From positions 7,750,001 through 7,814,000 of the forward strand of contig CM120645.1 of NCBI GenBank assembly GCA_051362555.1: DNA of 64,000 bases, read 5' to 3'. The notes under the pieces were generated by a model. That model was not told the origin of the DNA and did not search any database. It worked only from the letters and a program-made list of their open reading frames with translations. This DNA comes from Lingula anatina. Its lineage: Eukaryota > Animalia > Brachiopoda. Positions 12,901 to 25,900 of the stretch are shown here, one piece after another. The position numbers were made by a program, and so were the translations under genes. Each line of letters begins with the position of its first letter. The first letter of the stretch is position 1.

Positions 12901-15900
12901 AAATCCGTTTGACCTTATGTCTTCAAAGTTACAAAACTGATGAATATTAATAAAAGACAGGCGGCTTTCTAAAATCAGCTTGAACAAAGTAGTTCTCTGG
13001 AATTTATGCTTTTTTTTCAGCATATCGGTATTTTCAGCATATCGGTATTTTTTTCAGCATATCGACACAAATAACACATTTCAAGAGGAAGCCCATATGC
13101 CTATTGTCTTCAAAACTACAGGAGTGATCAATTTAAAAAAATGTACCATTTTTCTTACAGATATCCTTTTTTTAGCATATCCGTTACCAATATGAAAAGT
13201 TTGCAGCAATATTCCTGCAAACTAAAGGTTTGCAGCAACGAGTTTTCAGGAGTTTGCAAGAAAAATTTATTGCTGCTAATTTGCTGTCATATTGCAGCAT
13301 ATTTGCTGCAAATATGCAAGAACGAATTGCAGTTTGGGACAATATTGCAGCAGCCGTGATATTTTGCTTAGGGATATTACTTGTGTACTCTATGCACCAA
13401 TACAGATTCCACATTTCATGAGACTGTTAGGCTTATTGTCTTTAAATTTACTGGAGTGATCAGTGTTTTTAATACACAGGTTGAATTTAAAAATCATATT
13501 GATCAGACTATCATTTCGACAGTTATACTTTTTCATTATTTTATTTTTTATTCAGCATATATTATACAATATGCAATACAGATAACACATTTCATGGAAA
13601 ACTGTTCAACCTTTTGTCATCAGACTTACAGGACTAATGAAAAGGACTTAAATACAGGATTAATTTGAAAACCAGCTTCATTTGATTATTTCTTCAAATT
13701 TAATGCTATTTTTTGCAGCATATATAATGCTACATGAATACGCAATACAGATGCCACATTTCACGGAAAGCCATTTGACCTATTGTCTTCAAACTTGCAG
13801 GGCTGATGAATATGACTTAAATAAAGTCAATTTGAAAACCATTAGACCTGATTTTATTCATTTTTTAATTTTTTTTTTAAGTTATGCATTTTGTTTGTTT
13901 TTTCTTTTGAAATGTGTATTTTTTACATCATGGCACTTCCAAGGTATGACTGGAGCCTTTGCTAGTCACATTCTCTGAATATTCATGAAAGTTATATTAT
14001 ATTATATTATATTATATTATATATTATATTATATTATATTATATTATATATTATATTATATTATATTATATTATATTATATTATATTATATTATATTATA
14101 AAAAAGTGTTAATAAAATGTAGTATTGCATCAAAGTTTTTTTTTTTTTTAAAAAAAGCTATTTGGGGCACTGAGGCCTAAATGGCCATTAAATGAAAACC
14201 ATGTTACTTATAATTCCCAAACTTGCAGAAAAGATTCACCTGACTGAAATACAGTTTCAGCAACTTTTTATTTGATGTTAATGAGTATGTAATATTGCAT
14301 CAAAATTGATGTAAAAAAGAACTATTTCGGCCACTGCCGCCACAAATGCTATTTGATATTATTGTGATGTGGTTCTGAATTTATAATCATTCATCATACA
14401 TACATACATACATTCTTTAAATTGATAAATGCCGGTTCATCTCATTTGGGATATTTCTCTAGATCAGCAGGGCACCTTCAGGGCCCGTCTTCTGATGCAC
14501 ATTATTTTGTTATGATTGCACAGAACAGTTAGCCATGCTTAATTTATCCTCAATACTTTTAGATGCTTGTACCTGTGTGCCTCCTTGGGTAGAATTCAAC
14601 AATGACATATGCATAAGTCAAGGTTATGAAGACTGCACAACTGGGGACAAAAACCATACAGCATCATCTGTGGCTGATTATAAAGATAAATGTCGTGACC
14701 TTTCTCCAGATGGATCTGGTCAACCTCTCACCATTGCCAGCTCAGCAGAGTTCAGAGCACTGGAAACATATCTTCAAGGAATTGGTAAGTTCCCAGATAT
14801 CAGGCAAGTTGCAATGAGCAAATTAGAAGTATGGTTGCAAACATGTTTGATTCAGCCCAAAATTATCAATCTAAATGGCAAAAATATCTATCTATGGGCC
14901 ATTCCGTGGTATTTGGTCCACAGACCTCAAAATTTGAAAAAGGAATCCTACTTATAAAACTTATAATTTCTGAAACCAGTCACCATAAGACACCAGAATC
15001 CAAAAGAAATTTTAGGTTTCGATGATTAATTATGATTTTATTGACACTTTTATCTGGAAAACTTATAAAATAGTGTCACGGAAGGACATTTTTATTTTTG
15101 ATATATTTTTCATAATAGAGATCATTTTAAACAATAAAGGCTAAATACATTATAACTTATTTCTTACATTTAGTCAAGTGCATAAGTTTAAAAAATATTT
15201 GATTATAAAATAATGGATTAATTAATATCAATTTGTCCTTCCATGATGATTTTGGTACCTATTTTTTAAGTTTTCTCAGTAACTACAATAGCTAAAAACT
15301 TATAACTTCATATTCTCCTCAACCATGATAGGGGTCAACAAAATATGAAAACATTTTTGCTTAGAACCACTTCAATAAGAAATTAAATCCAAATATATAA
15401 GCATTAAACATGACACCTAGCACAGTGGGAGCACGTATGAGGCATTTTGATTGGACCATAACACGTCATGTGACCAATGAGCCCTAAACCCTTATGTCTT
15501 TCAAGATAATCTTGAACTTAAAATTCACAATTATTATATATAGAAGCATTTTTAAACTGAGAAACATTTCATTTGAATGAATAATTTTGAAGTTATTATA
15601 ATTTAGACAATTGATTATATTTATAATTAATAGATTTGGTAAGTTTTTCTCTAAAAATGTCCCAATATTATTTAAAGATGATCACAGCAGATGAGAACTT
15701 ATATTATAGTCAAAGTTAGTAACATATTTGAAGATGAAATATATTACCATAGAAGGACATGTTTACCTTTGATATTATTCATCAAACTTAAGCAGGTATG
15801 TATTCATAAAATATTATTATTAGCCTTATTTTACATTTTATTTAGCAATGGACAAAACGTCCTTCTGAGACGCGTCCTTCCACGACGCCTACTTGATTTT

Positions 15901-18345
15901 TTTTATATGCAAAATTTTCAAATTTATTATTTTTTTTCCAAAAAAATTTTTATACACTGAGAAAGTGAAATAATCAAATATTCATATTTTGATTTGACTT
16001 TTAAAATATCTACACAGACAGAGCAGAATTTTAGTGTTGAAGTTGAAAGTTAAAATTCTCCCTTTAGACCAATTATCCAAATAAGATGTGACAGTTGGTG
16101 AATGTCATTTTCAGGTTTCGGCTACACTGCTACCTCCCCTCGTTTCGAGTGTTCTCAGATCTATGCCACTGTGGCGAAAGTTACAGCAACGACTTCATTA
16201 TATGTCATCATCACATTTTATACTGGTAGGTATAAATAAACCCTAGGGGCTCATTCCCTATGAAGCTATATTGTTCTGCATAGATCAGTACAACTTTATT
16301 ATCATAAATGTACAATCATTGAATGATAATAGTAACAATATTATTATTATTATTAATGAATGTTCATTGATCGTTTATTTAGAACAACTAGTTATATTTA
16401 CCAGTCACTTATGTCTCATAATAATAATAATAATAATAATTTAATTAATAACTGTACAATGAAGCATGATACTCTCACCAAATTGGTTAATTGTGCAGAC
16501 AAAGCAAATTTGTACTAAAAATATGAAGCTTTTAAATATACACCTAGAACTTTTTCCTACCAGGTACATCAAAATATGTGTCTAGATCTTTATCATATCA
16601 TGTAAAATATACATGGTATATTAATACTTTCACAGAAAAATCTTAAAATTGACAAGTTTACATATCATTACATTTTAGTTTCTCCTGTTAAATGGAAGCT
16701 GTACAAAAGTGACCCCATTTACACTGATGTTAAGAAGGACTTTTCTGTAGGTATGGACAGTGTTCTAATAAACAACGTTTTTAAGGACTTTTCACTAACA
16801 TTATAATGTCACAACTTGGCTACCTTATGTGTATGAACTAACATCAGACTTGAAACATGTTAAGGTTCATGTACTGTAGGCACAGAAGTCACTGACTGTT
16901 GTACTAATTGAATATGGTGAGACAAAAAGGTGTTTGTTACCACTATGGTCACAAAATGATGTCTTTTCAGGTGATATCATTTCACTCCACTTCAAAGCAA
17001 GTCCAGGTGATGTTGTAGGAGTGGGCAACAGCCAAAAATTATTGATTATGCTCCGATCCCACTTCAGTGGAGAACACTTAACCCTCTGTGCTATGCCTCC
17101 AGGGGCTTGCCCACCACGTAAGCTGAACTCAAATGGGAGCCGCAGCAATAGTCCTGAGGTTCAAAAGTCTGAAGGTCTTAATGTTCACTGTAGAACCTTC
17201 GGACCAATGAACCCTTGATTAAAAAAAAAAAACAATGAAAATGTTACCATTTTTCAAACAAATGAACCTTCGGACTATCCAGACACTGCAATGATATAGT
17301 TGACTGTATTAGAAATGTGATGCTTATTACTGAGCTCTTAACACTAGCCTTACGTTTCACACACTTAGTTACAGGGTTTTTTTTTTATTCAAGCCAATTA
17401 ACAGTGAATTAAAGCAAAATAATGGATGACAGTAACAAAAATGCATACCATACAGAAAAAGGCATTGTTACTGACCAATCAAAGGCCTAAAATTCTTAAA
17501 GAGGTCTATAATAAATTTTATTTTACAATTTCCAGCCGGTCGGTGTATAGTCAGAGGGGACCCCCATCTTGGACAATATGATGGAAGAAACTTCCTTTTC
17601 AGTGGGTTCTGTACACATAGACTTTCAGAAACTCTCCCAGGAGCCCCCGAGCAGTTCAACGTAACTGGTAGATTTGTTTATAATAAGCCTGGCAGTACTA
17701 GGACCATGATCCAGCAGGTTTTGATAAATGTGCGCAATATGATCGTTGAGGTTACTACAGATGGAATAGTGATGGTACGTGTGAATGGGTTTATCCAATT
17801 GTTGTCAGTGAAGAGATGCAAATGGAAATATTTTTGATAAATATTTGTCAAACCACCAGGATAGCACATGCCAGTTCTAGTAAATAATAAAATTATGTAT
17901 AGAACAAAGTAATATATATGCTGTGAATTGCCTGTTTCTAGACAAAGTGCAAAACCGTTTTCATCTAGCCATTTGAAAAATCTCAATTATCAATATATCA
18001 CATCTACAGAATATATTAATTTGGCCATAAAATGGCCAAAAAAACTTACTTGAATATAAGTTACCAGAAGCATTATTGAATTTGATATATCACCAATTTA
18101 ATAGTTAAAGGGTCCTCATTTACTGTTTTTCCACTCCAGGTTGACAATGTGGTCGTCACTGCAACAATCCCTCCACAAAACATAGGCAGCGGAGTGATGT
18201 TGTTTCTTGACCCATCCGACTTCCCAAGGACTGTTGTAGATGTGCCTGGTGTTGTGAAGGTTGAACTCACCACTCCTGTTGGTTCATTAAGACGTAAAGG
18301 ACACAGAGCCATCATAACTGTTGCAGGTAAAATGGCACGCACGCG

Positions 18346-18387
<42 letters not shown>

Positions 18388-19414
18388 GAGAATAAAAGGA
18401 AGGCAAACATGTAAAAAGAGACAAAATGGTGAACCATTCTCGTGACTGAAAATGTCCTCAAAATACCGAACATTATATTATTAAAATGTTTATTTGATAT
18501 CAGGACAATTTATAAAATCACCTGACGGGTCATTCATGGACCTCATAAGAAGCCAGTGTGTTCGTTTGAGCTACCCAGAACTTTTAATTAGTTATTTTTT
18601 TAAAAAGGCTGTTCATGATACTTAATTTGTTTAAAGGTCCCTTGTGATTTTTTTTGGTATCCATTTATGGCAATCAGATGGACTGAATGACTCCATTTTC
18701 ATGATTCCTGCATCAAAACTGTCTGAGGGAATAAATATAAGAGGATTGTGTTAGTGTTGTAAAATTTTTAATCACCTGAATATGTCATTGTTGTTCAGCT
18801 GTTTTCAAAAATGCTTCTCTTTACAACAGGTAAGTATGCTGGACTACTAAATGCATTATGTGGAAATTTCAACGATGACCCTACTGACGATGTTAACCCC
18901 TGTTCTGGAGGCCCTCCTGCAGATTGCTTTGTAGATGACGACAGGTAAGCCATTCTGTAAATATCAATAACTGGCTGATACTTGCAAATTGACCTTAGAA
19001 ATATCCATGTTTCCTTCAAGACTACCAGTAATTCATTTTTATATACTGTAAGGCTAAATATGAGCATTCAGAACAGATGTTACGCAGACTAAATATGGCT
19101 GACCCCACTTAAAAGCAAGTCGCCTACTTCCCTGTCTCCACCCGTGCCACTTAACAGAATAAGTCTCGATTCTAATGTTTAATTGCTAGGTCCCTGCAGG
19201 GATGGCGCATGTGTAGGCAGGGAATTAGTCAGCATTGCTTTTAAGTGGGTCGGCCATATTTAATCTGTGGATCTGTTAATCTGAATGCGCTTTATGATAC
19301 CAGAAACAAAATTTCCAATATAATTTCTGTTTCTGACCTTCTACACTTTGTATCATATTTTAATCCACATATTTCAAATACAAGTTTTACTTTGCCCATT
19401 TCAGTTGCGCCTGA
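9919..19414 (+). CDS. Secreted ~362-aa protein: signal peptide, C-type-lectin-like region, single VWD domain with GDPH motif (paralog 2)
   Basis: Eight GT-AG exons with compatible phases: 9919-9976 (MLPIAVAFVLLISQQLDQI), 14563-14784 (DACTCVPPWVEFNNDIC...PLTIASSAEFRALETYL), 16115-16225 (symmetric, least certain), 16971-17117, 17536-17774 (GRCIVRGDPHLGQYDGRNFLFSGFCTHRL), 18140-18326, 18830-18944 (LNALCGNFNDDPTDD), 19405-19414 (SCA*). Total 1089 nt, no internal stop. Confidence 0.85.
12382..12556. mobile_element. 175-bp inverted-repeat MITE in intron 1 of the VWD gene
   Basis: 22-bp TIR CGGTGTGACAGGAATGGCAGTC / GACTACCATTCCTGTCACACCG (1 mismatch), with an internal ctaaacctaacc motif. Confidence 0.7.
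12870..13860. repeat. Degenerate ~170-bp tandem repeat, about 5 units
   Basis: Recurring acagat.ccacatttca...g.ctattgtcttcaaa.ttacagga.tgat.aa near 12880, 13070, 13400, 13578 and 13746. Confidence 0.65.
13181..13373. mobile_element. TTGCAGC-rich CMC/EnSpm-like MITE nested in the tandem repeat
   Basis: Ends CCGTTACCAATAT / ATTTTGCTTAGGG (degenerate CCCT...AGGG), AT on both flanks (2-bp TSD), internal TTGCAGCAA motifs in both orientations. Confidence 0.55.
13992..14100. repeat. (TTATA)n microsatellite
   Basis: Direct observation. Confidence 0.95.
14895..16060. mobile_element. Probable non-autonomous DNA transposon remnant in intron 2 of the VWD gene
   Basis: Starts GGGCCATTCC. The motif gtcacggaaggac (~15074) recurs inverted as gtccttcc near 15236 and 15859-15885. 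Right terminus not resolved. Confidence 0.3.
19061..19291. mobile_element. Harbinger-like MITE in the last intron of paralog 2, absent from paralog 1
   Basis: Imperfect TIR gcattcaga...taaatatggctgaccccacttaaaagcaa / ttgcttttaagtgggtcggccatattta...tctgaatgc. Shares aaatatggc.gaccc with the 8304 element. Confidence 0.7.
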
Positions 19415-20688
19415 AACAGCCATGTGAAAGAAAACCAAAAACAATGGAGGTTTACATTCAAGAACTTACAAAATCTGTTTGAATGAACAAGCTGGGTTTA
19501 ATTTAATTCTTTTAATCAATTGGAACTACATGTTTTAGCTTATTAATTGGGGTATCATGCATTTTTGTCTTTGAATTATTAGTGCTCTCTTTATTTACAA
19601 GGACACTTCACTACATCGCTATGTTTATGCCAAAGAATGAGGGATAAATTGATTTTTTAGCAAAATATCTTGAAAGGTTCCTTTGTGATTACTGGTAACT
19701 TAACTAATAACTGTGGCTTCTAGATAACTAGCACTTGGTGTATTTTAATTGTGCAAGTAAAAGTAACTCTACCATTAACATTCCAAAAGTACTAAAATTT
19801 CATTGAAGTGGAACTATTTAACAATGTGGGTATTTTTGTCATAAAATTGTCAGTGTCTTTATTTCACCAAGGATACAAGGAATATATCATGAATGATATA
19901 AGGAATAATATTGTTTATATTTACACCTAAAAAAAGGATGAAAGGATTTTGGCTAATTCAAAATAAACTACTGGCAAGGTACCTTTGACAAACTTGTGAA
20001 CACTTTTTAGAACACTAGATGCTATTACTATCACTTTATTTTAGCTTTGTAGTTTACAGGTACACTGACACAGAAAGATGAATTAAAATTTATGGGGATT
20101 CTTTTTTTACTTAAATTGTGGGATGTTTAAGTTTTACAGTAGTATCCGGGAAGAGACATGTTAATTGGATGCTTTGATTGGGTGCTTTTTTTACTTGAAT
20201 TTTGAGTTTTTGGATATTTCAATGTAGTAATCGAGGAAGACATAATTGTAAAAAATCAGTGTTAATTGGGGACTCTTTTTACTTATATTATACATTTTGG
20301 GATACATTTATGTAGTAACCTGGGAATATATTGTAAAATTATCATGTTAATTGGGGGTTCTTTCAACTTCAATTTTTATCTGGGAGGATATTGTGAAAAC
20401 ATGGAAATAAAACTGGTATTCAAACAGTATTTTTTTCTTTTCTCTATCATTCAAAAATCACATTTTAACTCTAAAATGATTCATTTCACAGCACCTTATT
20501 TTAAGTATGGAAACCTGTTTAGGGATAAAAATACACAGACTCTCTTAGTTACCTAATTATCTGTTGGTATTGTAAGGTATCCTGCACACAGTTGAAAACA
20601 CATTTAGTATTTAAGAAAAGCTTCCGTTTATTTCTCATCATTAAACAAATAATTCAAATAAATAGATTGCTAGCACATAGCAAATGTA

Positions 20689-21151
20689 TACCCTCTACCA
20701 GGGCGACTGATAGATTTTTACAGATATTCACAGATATGTCTCTAGCTAGATAGATGGTCATTTTGAGCTGAAGTCACCCTGTTGAGGAATCTCAAGGCTG
20801 ATTACATGGCTGGTAATTGTTTGCATAACTGCTCAGGCACTGCCACTTAGCAGGTCTAGTCTAAGTCTGCGTGACAGCAATCAAGACAGTTAATTGCTCT
20901 GACTTCAATCACTTGCTCTTCTGTGATAGATAAAAAAGCCTTAGACTGGTTGTGTAACAAGCAGTTATCACAGCGTTGTGAAGCTCAGCTCATGCAGAGC
21001 AAGTACAAAGCCTTTGGCGCGCGAGCAGAGATAATTGTTTCCACATGGGATCCCTCAACAGGGCGACTTCAGCCCAAAATGACCATCTATCTAGCTAGAG
21101 ACATATCTGTGAATATCTGTAAAAATCTATCAGTCGCACTGGTAGAGGGTA
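20689..21151. mobile_element. 463-bp foldback MITE with ~110-bp TIRs and 9-bp TSD (Mutator/MULE-like)
   Basis: TACCCTCTACCAGGGCGACTGATAGATTTTTACAGATATTCACAG... mirrored at ~21040-21151. GCAAATGTA duplicated at 20680-20688 and 21152-21160. Confidence 0.9.
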
Positions 21152-22988
21152 GCAAATGTAGATAGTAAACAATTTACCAAACAAAGCCACTCCTTAAATT
21201 TAAAGTAAAACAAAAATATGATTTGGAAGTTATGGGGAGAACATCACCAAAATTGTACAATATATATATAACAATGATCGTAAATGTTAACTGATCATGC
21301 CGATTTTTGAAAGCAACCTGCTCTTTGCCAATCAAACAGAGCCAAAAAAGGAAAAAAAGAAAATATTTTACTTTTTCAATATGAAATTGAAAAGAAATCT
21401 GGTACATATCAGCAAGTAATTTGTGCAATCATTTAACTTGATCAACCTTGCTTCCTTAACTAGAAACTGAACAATACTGTAAACAATAATTGACTTTGGA
21501 TGCAGTCAACATATGTTTTGCAAAAGCTTAGAAAAAAGTCACATCAACCAAAGTCAATATAATTTTCTGAGCCAGGGCCTTGAGCAAAATGACAATCAGA
21601 AACAACAAAAGTCAGAATTTGTTTAATTAAATAACTTTATACCTGAATGTCAATGTATCTCCAGGTAAAATCAAATGTTGCACCATCACTGTCATGCCAC
21701 ATTATTTCATTGATAATTTCCTTTTTTCTGATTCATTTGGTCAAAAATATAAATTACGTCATTGTTTAATACCATGTCTTACCAGGCCTCACATTCCCGC
21801 AAATAAGACCATAATCTATGCTAGATCATGCTTTATATATTTATATAAACTTTTTTGTACTATCCAAAATTGATTTTTTCAGTTGAAACTCAATAAACTG
21901 CAATTTTTTTAAAATTTTAATAGCATTTTTTCAATCTATGATTTGACAATTTCAAAACTTGCAGAAAACTCGGACCTCTAGGTACAAGTATGTTCAGAAG
22001 AATCTGAGATAGCAGGTAGTTCTACTTCAGAGTTATAATGGATTTCTTGAGTAAATGGAAAAAATTAAGCAAACTTGTTGCATTAAAGGGGGATGCATCA
22101 TTTACCATAATTGTGTACTGTATTATTTATGGCGTATGTGACCAAAATTAAGGAACAATATTTCAAGAATGACATCTATCAGATTTAAGTTGAGCATCTT
22201 TTTCAGATAGTCATAACTAAAGGTTTTAAAATATGTATTTAAAGAATACCAAGACAGATGACATCAAGTCTGTTTTTTTTTCCATGACAAGTAAAATCAG
22301 AATCCCAGATATTTCATTTAGAAATCTAACTTTTAAGGCATTGTTCAAAAACACAACTACAATATATAACAAATCCATCAAATTCAAAATTAATATTCAA
22401 TTAGCTTCCCGTAAAATGCACAAGGCAAATTTAATCAATCTAATTGTGGGAAAGAAACGCTTCTCCTGGTGGGAATTCAGATTGTCCTTTGATCACCTTT
22501 CCCCTCTTGTACTTTTCTGTATTTCATTATTATGCATCAGATAAGGAGAAGAGAATGTGTGATTTTATTCATCCTATCCATTTCTCAATCCTGCTCACCT
22601 TCAAATTCCATGAGTGGACGTATCATCTCCAGTTTACCTGACAACACTGAAGCCAGTCTACACAAACTTTTTAAAGGTTTGTTTCTTTTCTTCTGGTGAT
22701 CACAATTCGATTTTCAATCAGTTAATGTTACAGTCAATATTATCCTTATCACCAGATACCTAATTAAATCTTAAATCTTCATGGGCAGCAGATATATCAT
22801 AGTCAATATCTTCTCCATGGTAAATTTACTTTTACTGGCTCAGTTTCAGTGTCTTTGGATTGTTCGTCATTCTTTTGAAGGTCAGGTCATCAAACATATC
22901 CTTTCTAATCCCTTTTATCATCCTCTTGATCAACTTTGGTGAAGGGGCCGTCCTGAATATTTTGTCAAAATTAGGTAAAGTTATTCTT

Positions 22989-25900
22989 TTAATCCCAATC
23001 ATCATCTTCCTGATCATCCTTGGATTCCCCAGGTGGTGGGGGAATCATCATGGATATTTTGTCCATAGCTGAGCTATTACCGGACTCGGCAGAGTTCTTG
23101 TTGGCTTCTGCGCCAGGTTTTGTAGTGCCTGATATGCCTTTCCTTCTCATGGTTAATGCTGCAGCCAAACTGCTCATGAGGTCTCCACCTCCTCCACCTC
23201 CAATATCCTACGAAAAAATTATGAAAACATATTAAAGTCAGATATTATGTATGCACACCATGTATGTCTGAAAAAAAAAAAAAATAAAGATTAAAATAAA
23301 CTAAGGACTAATTAACTGTGATCATACTAGGTGGTATGTGGGGAATCTCCCTGAATGCAATCAGTTTAAGAGCGCATTCCTAGAGATTTAGATCGATCCA
23401 TCCAGATCAACCTAACTCCCTGTGGGTCCACGCTAAATTGCAGTCACCCGAGCGCTCACGGTAGTTAATTACCCCCTTACAGCTTTTAGTAGGCAGGACA
23501 GACGCTTTAGCCGGCTAAGCTGACAGTAATCTAGTGAGACTCCCCACAGGGATAGATCAATCTAAAATCTGTGGGAATGGGGTCTAACACACTCAGGAAA
23601 TCAGTGTGGCCTTAGGACCAGTCAAACAGGAGCGGTCCCAAAACCTGCACTGCTCAATGTGAACTGGACAAAAAAAAAATAGCACTAGATTGAAATATTT
23701 TCCATTCCCTTGTACTACTCAGTCTCTAATAATGTGGGTACTATACTGAGCATCCCAACACTTACCTTTTCTTCCTGTTTCTTCTTCTTCGTGTGAATCT
23801 TTTTTTCTTTGGCACTTCTCAGTTTAGCCTTCCCAGCACCCCCTGCTTTCCTAATGGCATCCATAAGTGAAGATCGCCCATCTCCCGCATTTGCGACCTC
23901 TGCAGGGATATTGGTGGGTGGAGGAGGGACATCCCCAGGGGGAGGGGGTGGAGGGGGTGCACCACCAGTATTCCCTGGGGGTGGTGGTGGTGGAGGGGGA
24001 GGGGGTGGTGGTGGCGGTGCTCCAGATGGGGGCGGAGGGGGTGGGGGAGGAGGGGGACCAGGAGGAGGAGGGCCAGGAGGGGGTGGTGGGGCTGACCCTG
24101 TTTCACCAGGGGCCCCTGGGGGTGGCAGTTCTGATGATGGTTCTGGCACCACTGATGGCAGGTCTGGCATAGCACTGCCTGGCAATGAGGGTGCAATGGA
24201 TGAACCCAAGTCACCTGTCCAAAGTAAGTCATCGGCAATACCTGGAAAATATATTTATAATATATTAATATATTAACCTATATTGCTTATATATCTTCAA
24301 CAATGTTTGTGTTAACTAAAAGAAAAAAAAACATTCATGCTTAATGTAAAAGAAGGATCCACCCCTCCTACTCCCCAGGAACAGCCCAACCCTCTGTTGC
24401 ACTAAAATTCTAAGTGCCCATAAATATCCCTGATGATAAGTCTATCAATATCAAAATTTCCTCACTCTAATGGTATGGGAGTAGCAGAAATTATAATGCT
24501 TAGAAAATTAAGAATCAACCATCCACCAGGGGAATTTCAACCTACTGTTGCACTAAAATTCAGAAATGACCATGCACATCCCTGATGATGGGTTTACTAA
24601 TCAACAAAGTTTCAATTTCCTAACCCCCATGGTCTAGGAGGAGGAGATAGGGGAAACTACTAACACACTGACAGGACTCACAAACAGCCAGGATAACATG
24701 ATCCCGACTTCTGTCCCCAAAGTGTGGGGATAATATAAAACCTCACCTGGCAAATCAGGTAAGTTAACAGGAGCAGCGATCTCTGGCACTTCACCCAGAT
24801 CTGGTCTGTAAAACAGATCTTCTTTCTGTTGTCTCTGCATTTGCTCTCCCAGCATAATGGTACTGGGAGCCGCTGCCAGACCTTCCTCCTCTTCCTCCAG
24901 GGCTGTACGGGTCTTTGTGACCACACCCAAGGGATCCAACATCACATATTTCTTGTACCTAAAATAAGTAGATTTGACTAGTAATACATGGCTTATGTAG
25001 GCCATGCTGCTTGTGCAGGGCCTGTAAAATATTTCACCTCTTCTGGTCCATTTGTGATATCACTTCTGTTCACTTCAGAGTTGAAAATATAGCCGATGAT
25101 TAATAATATGCAACTTAACTTAAAAGTTCCTGACAGTGTGTAACATATACATATAAAATTTTCATTAAGAATAGAGACTAGCAGAGACAACACATATGTA
25201 AGATCCCCAATCATCTCGTGCTACTAACTGCTGTTCCTTGCAACAGATGTGTAAAAGATATATTCTTTATATGTCTGCCAACAGTGATTCAAGTGAAATC
25301 AACTTAGGGGTAGGTAGTGTATACATGTATGAAAAATATATGAGCAGTTACTCAACCTTATTCTTTTTTCTCATTTGAGTTACATTGTTTTTAACTCACA
25401 AATGTAAAAATAACAATAATAAGAAGAAGAAGATTAAGAAGAATAACAATATGCAATGATAAATAGCAAAATGGCACCAGCAAATGGCTGTGGATGGGTT
25501 ATTAATACCATTATCATCTATATCAACCACAATCCAAATATGTTCAACAGGCTTATTAATATAAGACAAAAGTTAAAGAAAAGTAAGTCTACCACAGCTT
25601 TCAAAGCTTATTTTTAAAAACTTAAATTTTGAAGTTACCAACGTTACCATTATTCCAGCTATTGCATCTCTTCATTAGTAATGAAATGCATAAAGTCCCT
25701 GTTCCCTATGGTTAAACTCCCATTTATACCACTGAAAGCAGAACATTAGGTTTAAATGAGCATTTATCATTTGGAACTGAATGATTTAACTTACGGATTC
25801 TCCGTAGTATTGAAGAGCAAAAGAGAGCTGACTGAGGGAATTTCCTTTGGCAGTCTCCCTAATCCCTCCTCAACACTTCCCTCCTTCTTCTCCTTCCTCG

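Noticed and set aside
14785-14957. C-terminal part of the 140-aa ORF 14535-14957
   Set aside because: Read-through into the intron past the donor at 14785; only 14563-14784 is modelled as exon.
9919-19414. Idea that the VWD protein is a luciferase, since cypridinid luciferases are VWD-based secreted proteins
   Set aside because: Only the generic VWD domain is shared. A single VWD and no recognisable specific similarity; not testable from sequence alone.
22832-22988. Open frame overlapping and following the WASH1 stop
   Set aside because: Different frame; in-frame read-through stops after five codons; WASH ends at its canonical acidic W motif.
23809-24276. Gly-rich plus-strand ORFs (155 aa, 101 aa) and a His/Leu-rich minus-strand ORF
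   Set aside because: Antisense or off-frame shadows of the WASH1 poly-proline exon.
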